A DNA stretch of 54,697 bases from Gonapodya sp. JEL0774 (taxonomy: Eukaryota). This document shows, in pieces, positions 1-13,200 of this stretch (position 1 is its first letter; each line of letters begins with the position of its first letter). The position numbers and the translations under genes are program-made. The stretch covers positions 1 through 54,697 of the forward strand of contig JADIIX010000145.1 of assembly GCA_027604505.1 (NCBI GenBank), written 5' to 3'. The notes beneath the pieces were generated by a model that saw only the letters and a list, made by a program, of their open reading frames with translations, was not told where the DNA came from and ran no database searches.

Positions 1-393
1 TACAGCTCAGAAGGGGTCGGAGCGCTGGGTCTGTATAGACTTAAGACTTATATCATGGCATAGTTCTTCACTGAAATACTGAAATTAATATACTTTTTAT
101 ACAAATATTTGTCTTCCATATTATTGATCTAGGGGTGGGGGGTGTAAAAAACGTGACACCAAACAGAGTGCACTGGCATCATCCCGACATATGGGAGAGA
201 TGAGCAGTAGCAAGAAGAGCTTAGAGGGGAGCAACCTCGGTAGGAACCATAGACACACTTATGTATCCAATACAAAGGAGCCAAAACCCCACTCTAGAGT
301 CCACGTCCCACCTTGCCCAAACACTGACAACTACTCTGACTCAATCAGTCACAATCTGCCTGTGCATTGCTCCGCGCCAAACTCAACAAATAC

Positions 394-1194
394 ATGGACC
401 CACCCAACTCAAACCACACCAACCCCCTGCCACCACACACATGGACCCCACAGACACATCCACCACAACGCCCGCAAACAAGGAGCAGTAAGGCTCAGCA
501 ACCTTGCCTACCGGTGGATGCCTTCCAGCACAAAGGAGTATTTCTTTCCAAAAACTCCCACTGCTGCTCAAAGGGAGCATCCCTCCCCCCATCCCCCCCC
601 CATACTTGCCATCCAACCTTGATACAGTCTTCACCACCCGCATGGCCTGCAGTGCAGACCCAGGTGCAGCCCCACTCTTTGCAGCAACCCATAGAGCTGG
701 GAGCAAAATACCGTTACATAGACTTCCCCTATTGGGAACAATCTGACCAAACTGCCTCTCTGCATGTCAAATTGTTGCTGAGATTGTTTGTTCTCCCTGC
801 TTGGGCATTGGTTGTGGTGGTCTGGGTTCTCAAAGAACTGGGACCATAGACATGGAACCCTCAGTTGTGCCTGGAACAACTTTCCAACTTAACATACGGA
901 TTCCCTGCATTCAAAACCCCCCGAATCCGCAGAGATTGGTATATTTAGAGCCAAAGAACAGGTGCAGATAAACTAACTATATTTACCCAACCCCTTAATG
1001 CCATGAGAGCAGTCCCCATATGACCTTCAAACTGCATCTACTCATGCACCAGTGGAGGCGTGGCACGTGCTGTAATAGATGATGCATTTAGTGAGATGAG
1101 AGCTACATTTCTATTACTTCTGGGGGATGTTAGACTACGGGTTGTGGAGGAGATAGGTTTGGCAGGTGCAGCCTTAGGCAGTGATGCACTGTAA
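394..1194 (+). CDS. Hypothetical spliced protein, no recognised family
   Basis: Frame stays open across putative introns 538-627, 762-835 (GC donor, uncertain) and 962-1052. The last exon reads GGVARAVIDDAFSEMRATFLLLLGDVRLRVVEEIGLAGAALGSDAL* with TAA at 1192-1194, 23 nt from the dynein stop. Start codon uncertain. Confidence 0.45.
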
Positions 1195-1217
1195 TTGCTA
1201 CTTTACTAATAAATGTG

Positions 1218-4200
1218 TTACATTGCTGTAAAAGCTACAATAGCAATGCCACGTTGCACCATCTGATACTTATTAACTTCTTTACCTACAGGTAATGACA
1301 CAGGGAACAGGAGGTCTGTCCGGTCCCTATTGAGGTACACTGGGACAGTAACATATTTCTCATTTGATGGCATCACAGCCATGTCACGTTTGACCCCTTC
1401 AAATACCCAATGAATACACAATTAAGACAAAGAACAAGAGGTCATCTAATACTCAACTTACATTTTAATATTAACCCTGGTAGGTTATTGTCAACAGACA
1501 TTGTGGATACTCTCAAGGCTCCATTTGACCACTCAGCTCCTTCACAATAAAGGCCTACCACAAGAACAAAAGATGACACCACTGGTAATCAAGCAAAGCT
1601 ATTATCTGTTCCTCACCTTTAAGAGCAAACACAACTTGACTGGAAGAACTCTTCTGCACTGATTGTCCACATTCCACATCCAGTACTAAATCTTCTAGTG
1701 ACCATCTGTTCACCTGTGCAACAGCCTGCCTTGTTGCTGTAATGAAAGCATCTGGCATAAAAAGGGCTCCAATAGAAATAGGGGTTCCTGTAATGATTTC
1801 TGACATTACAACTGCCTGAGCAAACTTCCCAGCAGATTGTGGCATGCAATGCATGGCAACTGCATTCAGCTGGTCAAGACGAGAGACAAGGTCTTGCATA
1901 AAACTGTTGAGTGACAACTCCTTTGGAATTTTATATACTTTCCAATGGCTTGGAATGTCACCTGCACATGTTTAGGGATTAGTGTGTGCTGGACCTAACA
2001 ACAGGTGCAGAGAACAAACCTCCTGTGAGGGAAAGCATAAGGCCCCTTATGTGATTGGTTTGTTTACCATTGCCTTTGCAGACCATTCTGACATCTCCAA
2101 GATCTTTCCGAATTGACCCCAGCAAATTTGTTCCTATTTTAAATTCACGGTCAAAAAACCGGAACAATGGATCACGGAAGCTGTCTGAATAGCAAGGAAG
2201 GTGACTAAGTGACTGTAGAGGTTTTACAATTACACAAAGGTATAAAGTGAATATTGCTGGCAACTTTTTGGTCATACTCACTTCTGGCAGCAAGCCCAGC
2301 AAGTTCTCACACACAGACTGGAGGTTGCGCATCCACACTGGTTGGACAAATCCAACACGTGTATCTTCTTTGATACCTTTGGGAACCTCGGGGACATAAG
2401 CAACTTCATCATCATCTAACAGATTCCTCATTTGTCTAACTTTTGTCAGCATTGCAAAGCCTTACAGAAAAACACCATCAAAAATTGTCGCAATTAGAAA
2501 TCTCAAGGGTAACACAAAACTCACCTTTGTTTGAAGACAGGACCTTGTCTGCATTTTCTGGGAGTCCCAACCATGATGGTGGTTCCTGGTCAGGTAATGC
2601 TTCCACCCACTCAATAAAATGATCAGGCTTTGTCCCTTCAGCAACAACAACCCCATGATCATTGTTGCCCTGGCCATCAACAAGTTTGAAACCAATGTCA
2701 TATGCCTGAGATGTGAATAGGTTGTCAACAAAAGCATTTAATGTTGCTTGGTCAAAATCATTATCAATTTTGCCACCATAAATTGTTTCTTTCATGAGTT
2801 GCCTAATTGCCTCCCATGGTATCTTGCTTGGATTGATATTTGACCTCCCTTGTGCAACCAGCTCAGTCCAGGAGTCAATGGTGGCAAGAGATGATTCAAA
2901 ATCAGCATCGCTAAACTCATAGCGCTTTGTCCAGCCCAGAGGAATATATCGAAGCCGCTCTTGAATAATAGAATGGAGCCATGCAAGCAAAAAATAGATT
3001 CGCCCTTTCTCTATTGGCCCTGTTGCATATCGTTGAGCTGGAATGCTACCGAGTGCTGCCTGCATTGAAGCTTTGATACCAGGTGGTGGCTCAAACATCA
3101 GCACTCTAGACAATCGGAGCAAATTGGCTGGGACTTTTGGGGATGTCTCAGTGGTGAGGAACAACCTGAAACCTTTGTTTGGTTTAATTGTTGTGAGCCT
3201 TTTCTCTAAGTGACCAAGCCATTGTGAAGCAAGGTGAACATTTTTGAGAAGCACCCAAGTTCCACTCTTGATTGCCTGTGCTATTGCAGCGTCAGCTAAT
3301 GCATAGCCCTCTGCAGAGCCCATTGCAACAGATGACAACTTAGATCCAATTTTGGCAGCCAGATTTTCTACCCTATCACTTGCATCAAACCCAGGTGCTG
3401 ATGCAAAAACCAAAGGTGCAATAGGCTTAGACTCCTCCACCAATGCTTTGAGATTCAAATCTTGGGACTCAAGAATATTTGTGTTGAACGTGGTCTCAAT
3501 AAACTTGACAGTAGCTGGACGTATTCTGTCTGGTCTAAGGGCTCGGATAATTAGTAGTTTTCGAAAAGCAGTTGGAATGGGACCTAAGGTTGCCCACCCC
3601 CCCATCCCGCCAAGAGGATATGAATGAGCATTCAATAATGGTTGTAACTGTAATCCATGGGATCCTCACCATTTGCTGTTCCCTTTGCCAGCTCCCAACA
3701 CTCTGGGACAGACTCTTCCGGAGCTGAATGTGCCATGAAGTCTTTCCAAGACTGCTCATTACCAAGGATGTGACGTGGGAATGCCTGGAACATGGGAGTG
3801 GCACTGTATTCTCCAACACGTTTAGAGACAGCGTCCCCAAACATGGCTTTGACACGGCTCAGATCACCACTAGTGGAGGGAGCAACCACTGTACTTTCTG
3901 TTGTACCTAGAAGTAAATCAACCTCTTGATCATCATATCGTTCTTCAGTACCCCTGACTTTGATTTGAGCCAAGAGAAGAGCTAAAACATAGTGATCTTC
4001 ATTCAAAAGAGATGTAGAGGTGTGTGAAAAAGTCACATGAAACAGATCACGACCAAGGATTTGCAAACGCTCCATTGGATCAGAAATCTTTGCAATGTTT
4101 GAATTGTGATGGATCACAGAGTCAAAGATCTCATAGAAGAAATCAAGAGAGAATCGATAGAAGTGATGGAGGCTGCTTAATTGTTCCAACACAAAGAAAA

Positions 4201-7200
4201 TAGAGCTACAAGCACTTGCAATTGGTGTGTACACATCTGTTACCGACTCAACCTCCCTCATTACAGAATCAGTTTCTTCAACTTTTGCAGACACTTCGGC
4301 TGCTTCTTGTTTCAAAGTCTCCAATGTTGTCATGACATGGTCATCATCAAGCACATTACCCTTTGAGTTGTTTAAGGCTTGCAGCAAAGATTTCTCCAAT
4401 TGACGCAATCTCAACTGGAACTCTCCCTGCAGTTTAATGAGATCATTACGCTTGCGATCCACATCAGGTCTCTCTGATTTCAGGACTTCATGCAGGCACT
4501 GACTTTGGAGACTAGCTCTTGTGACAGTGAAGTTCACAAATGTTACACGGCTGCTTAAATCAGGTCTGAAGTTTACTGAAGGATCACGAGTTGAGAGGAA
4601 AAGCATGAATGATGGAGAAAAATCAATATCCTGATTGCCCAGGCGAATTAATGTCCGACCACCTGTCCTCCTTAGTTCGCGGTTAAGCACTGGATTTAGA
4701 ATTGGGTCCAAGTTTTCAACATCTTGGATAAGCAGTGGATTCCCAAATCTTAAGGCGCTTTCAAGAGCTTTAGTGAATGAATCATCAAGAAAGCTTGTAA
4801 CTGCCACTTTGCGGCCCTTGTATTCATTCAGCAGGAATGTTGTTGCTTGGCCTGAGGGATCAATGATGAGGGGGTATCTGTTAAACCTCTTTATCATCAC
4901 TGCATTCTCTGTACACAAATCATCTGCTGGGAGTCCGTGTGATCTCCATGTGAGACGCTCCTCTGCCGATGATAAGAAATCTGGAAGTGAAATGTCCTGT
5001 TTGAAATGGAGCCCTGACTTTCTGAGAAGATCAGACCACTTTGTCAAAAGTTGCTCCCTATACTGTTGATCAAAGTACCCTGCATAGGCAAGGAATGCTG
5101 ATGCTAACAGTACATCACCAACAATAGTAGCCATCTGTGTCTCAAAGCTGGAAGAAGTCTCCCCCCATCTTTCTTTCTCTGAGGAAAGATTGTCCAGAAG
5201 CTTGATACTTCTATCAACTTTGCTCTTCACCCTTTCCATTTCCATCTTAATGCCTTGGACCTCTGCTATGAGAGATGCATATTCATCCTTGTATTGTACA
5301 ATGCTTGCTTCAAGCTCTTGAACCATTTCCTCAACATGGGTTGCCCGAAACTGGGTCTCACGCTGACTATCTTCTAACCTCATTACTTCATCTCTGAGTG
5401 GCCCAACACGTTCTAGGATCTCAGAATAGTTCACTTGTGCAAGCACCCACTGCACTAATGGACCACAAGCTTTGCTAGCACGATTAACTGTTTCATAATT
5501 GTAGATGGGTTCAGCCATGTACTGCTCTTTAATCACCTTCTTCATGGAAGGGGTCAATTTATCTGTGTTGAAGTTTATGATATTGGCAATGAAGTCATCA
5601 CGCTTGAGAATACTCTGGACACTCTTCCAGTCTGTCACCCGTTCACCCAAAAGCACACAGACTGATTCCAAAGCAAGCTTCACAGCAGCAGGTGGACTTC
5701 CCATTGACCTCAACTCAACCAGATGCTGTTTTTTGATATTTGACACACTTTTCTGGGCTTCAAGCACTGCAGGTTCAGCTTTTGCAAGGTCGTCAATCAC
5801 ATATTGTCTCCTGGCTGCAATAACATCATTTTGCTTTCCAAGATCTTTCTGAATCTGCAATGAAACAATACGCTTCTGTTCGGCCTCATTCTGATCTGTG
5901 AGCATTTTTTTCAATTTCTCATTTGCCAGCTCGTTTTTCATCTCAAGCTCACGTCCTTTCTGCGCCAGACTGATTCTTAACTCTTCAACTTTCACAACCG
6001 TGTCCCTCAATTTATCCAGCCCCACATTGAGGTGCCTTTGCTGCTCTTCAAGTTCATCCTTCTTCTCTCTAAACAGCCTCTCATAGTGTTTTATGAAGTC
6101 TAAGTAATGTCTTGGAGTGACGTGATTGGTGCGTCCTGTGCGCTTGGTCATTTTTGAGTTGATCTCTCTCAAAGATTCATGGACTCCCACAAATGTATTG
6201 ATCACTGCCAATCTTTGGGTGGTTGGTAAACTCAGTTCTTTGTAAATGACTGGAAATCCATCAGGTGTAGAGTACTTGGGGTCATCAATGTCCAAATTCT
6301 GTGTGAACTCTGTGCCAACCTGGAACAGAGCCTGGTCTGACCAGTCCCCAAACCAATCTAAGACACAACGGTTGAACAAAGCAGGTGAAGTAGCTGCCCG
6401 TGTTGCAAGACCCCCTTCAGGAGGGTTCATGGTGAAAACCACATGAAGGTTCTGAGAGTGTTAATACAGAATGCAATTAATTAATGAAATGACTTATCGG
6501 TAGACAAAGGCAGATTATATTACCTTGGTTATTTGGAGTGTAAACCATTTGTACATCTCTTCCGCCGAATCAAGCATGAGACCTTCTCTTTGAGCTGCTT
6601 CTTTGCACTGAGTCATCAATGAACTGTATTCATCACCTTCAAACAATCCGGGTATTTCAGAATTGGCCAGGAGTGTATTCATTCTCTCCAGGAAGCTTGA
6701 CTCCAAGACATTTGATTCATCCATTATGAATACAATTTTCTCTCCTTTGCATCCAGCACGACGAAGAACTTGTCGAAGATCTTCATCGAAGTCCTCGGCT
6801 GTGTACTTATTGTGGACCTTTATTTGAAATGTGCTTAGTCCGTTCATCCAAGCCACAAAACGAGACAACGTCGTCTTTATAAAATGGAGACGTGAGGAAC
6901 AGCAAGAATTCGTGCAGCTTCTGTTGCACACGTACCTTGCCACTGCCGCTAACACCAATTAGTAAAAGATGTCCTTGCATTTGACGGAACACCCGATCAA
7001 TTCGAAGAACGTGTTCCAGCACATCATTAAACAAAACTAGAGGCACATCGAGTTCTTCCTCATAAAAAACTCGAAGTCGTGCTTTAACAAAATCTCGTAG
7101 TTGCTCTCTCTGGACCGGCACATAGAACTTTGACAGCCAGTTTGAATAGAGAATGGGACGCTCGAGTGCCTCCTCTCTGTTTGTTGTGGGGAAAAACTTG

Positions 7201-10200
7201 AAGGCAACCTCATTGACCACTTCATCTGTCCAGGATCTCTCCTCAGGAGCAACAAGTCTGTCTTGAAATAGACGAAGAGCTTCATGTGCCCAGATCCTCA
7301 CAAGTGCTTCTACTGGAGCTGACTCTAGTGGTTTTAGTGCCTCATAGATGCCCCGGATCCAACGGGTTAATTCACGTGGACTGTAAACGTAATGAGCTTG
7401 AATATCCGGCGTGAAGCGCTTCTGAGATTTAAGATAGAATTCAACCATCGCAGACGTCAAGGGTCCTGAGTATCCACGCAGGGACGGAACAACTTTCAGA
7501 GCGGCACGACTGTATGTGCCGTAGATCTGCTGCAGGGAAAGTTCCCCGGGGTAATCAACGAGGACCACTGGTGCGTGACGCAAGAATCTGTGAGAGAGGG
7601 GCACCCGTCCAGGATCAGTGGGTGGATTGCAAGCCCCCACAAACTGAATTCGCTCCAATCGGACAAAGGTTTTGTCCGAAGGCCTCCAAAATCCATTGTT
7701 TGCAACTAATTGCCTCAAAAAGGAGATCACTCTCTGTGTACCATACTTGTCAGGAGCAGGCAGATTAATTTCGTCACAAAACACCACCAACCACCGTCCT
7801 TGAGCGATGGGGGATAAGACAGGACCAGAAGGTGTCTTCCGATACTCGCAATACTGGTCAAGTGTCTTCAGAATCAATTCAGGGGACGTAGCGCTGGAAA
7901 AATTTAAAGGCACGACTTCCATATCAGGAAGCTTGCGAAGAGCGCTTAGAAGCGTCATAGTTTTTCCAGAACCAGGTGGTCCACATAAAATTAAGGGCTT
8001 GTGTTCCGAAAGCCAAGAATACAAAATCTCTTCGTGACGCACGGTGTCTATTGTTGGTATGATGACATCATTTGATGTGACGTTGTGAGTTTCAATGTCA
8101 ATCTGGGGCACTCTTGACTGCCAGGGTATCCACTCTCCAGAATTAAGAGCCACGTCGTAATCTACGATTGAGCTGCCCATGAGGCTGGACGGTAGATCCA
8201 AAGTTGTAGAATCCCGAATGAAATCCCCTAATCGAGTTCGGTCATCCAAATTCGAGTCACCTGCGAAACTCCATACAAGCGCGAACACAAGGCGCTTTGT
8301 CATGTAAGACTCTAAGTGATCGGTTGCCATTGGAAAGTCCATGTGGTGGGTGTTGTAGTCAATAACGCTTCGCACAGCTTTATTCAATAGGGAAAAAAGG
8401 GTACTGAGCGCCCTTGTACGTGTGAAATCCATAATGTGGTCAAGTTCCTCAGCGTAGTCCAAGGCTTTTGACACTAACGCATCTGGAGCAAAGTACGGTG
8501 AGATTACATCCTCACATAGTCTTTGAGTTCTCAAACTGCTGTTTGATGGCTCATTGTCGGGTATCGGTCTGCTACCGAGAGATTGAAGCGACTGACGTGG
8601 GGTGATAAACTCCTCCTCTGGTTCATCCAGAGATTGATCTCGAAGCTGTTGCAAATAATTGGTGAACAGCATTTGCAGGCTGACGACCTCGTCACTGAAC
8701 CAAACCATTCCACAGCGACTGACTGTTGCCAAAGTTGCGTAGCGGAGAGTGTCTACCTCGAACAAGATTCGAACATTAGGCGGCAAATTCAACCGCTCGC
8801 CGTTGGGTAGAGTCAAAAGTTTGTTGTCGTCTAGCACACTGTTAAGATTCTCAACCCATTCAGGGTCAACATCTCCATCAAAAATGATCCAGTGTCTTCT
8901 GGTGCTCTCTCCACGAATATTATCAACAATCTTCCGCAAAATGTTCGTGAACAAACCGTCTGTCCATTCTCTCGTGGTTACATCCATTGAGCCATAGAGG
9001 TGCTCCTTTGACATAGCTTTCGGATTGATCACATGAGCCACACCTTCTATGCCTTCCACACGCTCTAAGGCAGTCAGTAGGACCTCTCTAGCCATCGTCT
9101 TACCACTTCCAGAGGGTCCCACCAACATGACACCATGGTGAATGATCTGAATTTGATACAGTTGTATCGCTTTCTCCATCCACATCTCACCGTCAACGAG
9201 ATACCGTTCTATGCACACTTTCCGAATCTCACTTTTGAGTCTGTCGAGCTCAAATGGAACATACTCGATTCCTGGAAATACATCGGCCACCAAGCTAAAG
9301 AAACGCGAAAATGTCACGGCAACTCGTCAATCGATGAAGAACAAGTAACCGTTGCACTTACTTTTGCAGCAACGGCACATCTTCGGCAACAAGTTTAGGT
9401 GCCACTGTCTCCCGAATGCTTTGAATCAATATTTGCTGTTCAACCACGGGCTGCGACATCTCCTCCAGCTCCTCGGCGACCTCTATCAATGTCCGTCCTT
9501 CCGATTGTTTCTTGCGTAAGTTTAACAACCGTTCCCGCTTCAAGTTCCCTGCGCTGACAAGGACACTTTTAAGAGCACGCAATCCAAAATCATAGTGAGA
9601 TTGCGGCGACAATTGTTCTTGACATAGAATGAAAAATGGTACAACTTTTGAAGCCAAAAGCTCCCCCGATCGAAAGCCTTGTGAGAAGAGCATAACTTGG
9701 GCGATAAGCTCGCGATCGGGATTTGTCATCGCGATGCTCCGGAACAACTTCTTGAGATTGTCTGGGAGGTTCTGACGCCCGGCGTACCCTGGGTTCATGG
9801 TAATGAAAATGCCTGGTCGAAAGCCCCAGCCCATGCACATAGAAACACAAACCCTTCATAATATTAAAAACTCAAGGGGAGATGCTTGGGACGTACCTGT
9901 GTTGGAGTTGACACGCAGATTCTTTCCAACAAGTTCAATTTCTCCTGAACCATCGCGCAGCCCAAGCTGGATCGTTTGGATTTGCTGCGAGACCGCTGAA
10001 AGTATTCTCTCTTCCAGACGGTTGAACTCATCAAAGCAGCCCCAAGCACCAACTCGACACAGGCCCACAAATATCCGACCCATGGCCTGGAAGTCGAAGG
10101 TTTCATCGCAGCAAAACACCAATACGAATCGACCCAGTGACACGCCAAGAGCCTTCACAGACTCAGTTTTCCCCGTTCCAGCTGGTCCGAACGGTGACCC

Positions 10201-13200
10201 TCCCATTCGAGAGTTCAGTGCTTGTGTCAATGTCAGGTAACATCGGTCCGTCAGTGGTGTCTGCACCAAGCGGTCTGTCACTCCTAAATATTCAAATCCG
10301 TACTCGAAAGAAGCATTCGCCATCTGTATGTTGAGTCTCGAAAGAGGATCTTCATTGCTGGAATTGAGGTAGTACCGCATATGTGTGAGCCAGCTGAAAG
10401 ATTTTGGTGAGCCAGTGTTTTTTGACCGCAAATGCCTGATGACATCGCGTTGATGCACGAGCTCCGTAATCAGGTGTTCACACTTCTTGCGTGTGAGGGG
10501 GGCGAGATCCGTGAGAACTGCATCTGCCAAGGCAGTCAAAACATTGTCCACCTTCTCCGCCGGCTGCCTTAAAACGTCTACTGTCTTGACGGCTCTCGCT
10601 TCCATCATGTGGAGCGCTCGGTCAACTCCTTGAGTCCATAAAATTTGCGTTGCTAGAATCGCCAACTGAGCGGGATATCTGTCGATCCAGAACAACAGTC
10701 CTTGGGGATCAAGCGAAGCGTACAGCGCACCAAGTTCAGCTACGGCTTCAGTCAACAGCGTTGCCAACGTTATTCGCATCTCCTTCTCGACCAAAGTGAG
10801 CCAATCGTTGATCTTGGGACAATCCTTGACAACTATTTCGGTCTTGAATTGGACGGTTTCTCCTTCCCGGGACATGAGACCACGAATCACCGTAGCATCT
10901 TCGTTCAGAAGAAGCTGAGAAATGCCAGCAAACATCTTCTTGAAGTGCTTTTGTATTCGTAGAATATCCTTGGCATTTCCGATTATTTCAAGCAAGTCCT
11001 CATCACCAACGAAATAAAATCTCGGGAACGACGAACGTTCACGTTCCAGATACTCTCCGAGTGCTTTCTGGATTTTACTGAGCAGGTCGGCTAGTCTTTC
11101 CATGGATTTCTGAATGTTCGTGATGTTAACGACATCCAAAACGAATGGGGACTTATAGACCTTCTTCATCACCGCCATGAATTCTGTATTGATGTTTTGA
11201 AAACGGGCGGTCTCTATTGGAAGAAGAGCCTTGATGTCCCCACTGCTTGTGAAAATACCCTCTAAATACACCCATTGGCGCTGAACGTCAATCCAGACAT
11301 CAAAGAGCACGTGCACTCGATTCAACTTTTCTTCCCATCCTGCTGCATCATCTTCGAAAACTTTGTAATAGGGGGAATGCTTCATCGCAGCAAGAGAACT
11401 CAAATTCTCGGAGCACTTGGCGAAAAGCTCATCCCACCCACGTATCAAACGGCACTGTAGATGACGCATTGAACAATTAGTTTCAGCATACAAACAGAAA
11501 CAAAGGTTGAACCGGAGCACACCTTGTTTTGGTAGTTAACAAGTTCTAATGAGTACTGAGACCAGACTTCTTTCACTTGCTTCAAAAACTCTTCCAGTGC
11601 CATTTCTCCCTGTGCGACGATGATAACGTCTCTGATACTCGATTCGTTCCTCTTTAAATCGAAGTCCCACAAATGTCCTAGAGTCATGTCAGGTAAATTG
11701 AATCTGCCTTCAATCTTCAGGTTCCGTAACAGAACTTTCCAGTGCCGCTCCCTGAGTGCCTCGGACTTCAGTTCTCCCAGCAATTGATTTACTTTCATTA
11801 GACTTCGAAGGTGATCCTGAATATATTCGAAAGCAGCGTATTGACGCATCTTGCTGGGCATCTCCTTTGTCTGGGTTACAAGACCCTCCAGCTGAGTTCG
11901 TAATTTACGGGGGGCGACAGCATTCCACGCAGTATCGCGAAGCTCGTTGATAGAAGCCCAGACTTTCGAAAGCTCTGACCAAACAGCTTTTAGATCCCGA
12001 ACCTCTTCAAGAACTGGAGCAACCCGGTCATTGATCACAAGATCCAAATCAAGTGCTTCCTTCGCTCGGCAAACATGATCGTACTCGTCCTTCAATCTCA
12101 CAAGACGACCCTCGAAGACGCTGAGATTGTTGAGCGCGGTGTCAGGTCGCATGTTTCCCTGGACAGGTTTGCCCTTCTCCCACTCGCTCAAAATCATGGT
12201 GACCTTATGATCTATCGCCTTGTCCTCAGAAATAATCTTAACTTGCAAGCCCGCTGAAAACATATACGTAAAACCTCCGTTGATACATGTAATGCAAACT
12301 GTGACTCACATATTTGATCCTGAATGGAGTAATTTTTGCGTGCAAGGATCTCATTGAAGGCACTCCATTCCCCGTCTACTTGATCTGAATGAAGCCAGTC
12401 ATTCGGAAACTGGAATCGCTGCCTCTCTAGTGTCTTCTGGCCATTCTTGAACGTTTCCATCTCACGAATCCAGCGAGGAAGCTTCTTCCGAAGATCCTGG
12501 AGAAGGGTAATGAAAGTTACTGCTTCTGAAGTAGTTTGACTTTCAAGCGCCGAGTGCTGTTCCAGCTCGTTGCGTGATTTGGAAATGACTGCGTAGAAGT
12601 CTCGCATGGATTGGCCAAGTTTTGATCCAAACCGATTGAGGACATCTCGCTGCCACTGATCATAGCGAGCATTGACCTTAGACTGCACTTGTGCGTAATC
12701 AATTATAATAGTACCAAAAGACTGCTCGGTTTCGGAGTTGTCGAATGTCGCCCTTGCTTTTCGAATCTCATGTACTACTTGTTCCCACTTGGAAAGATCA
12801 TCACCAATATGGCTGTACACTTTCTCGGCCTCAAGATCCCAGAGTGATTGATATTGCAGCCATATTGCGACGTAGGCGGAAACACTGCAGAGCTTTTCTT
12901 CAATGACGTCGTACGCACGCTCAAGAGTGCCTTTCGGAAGATTTAGAAGCTGTGGTAATTAATTTCAATTCAGGTGTGACAATTCAAGTGCGAATGACAT
13001 AATAAGATGAGTGCGGCTGTACCCAACGAACGTCACTTACGAGACTAGCGTACGAGACTTCTGCTGCTGTTTTCGCCATCATGTCATAACGAGAACTCTG
13101 AATTCGTGTGAGGGTACATACAGTAGCTAGGTTACGAGTGAACGGGGTGTTTAAGTTAAGTGAAAACTGCAAAAATGATTCACTCGCCACTTTGGTACAA

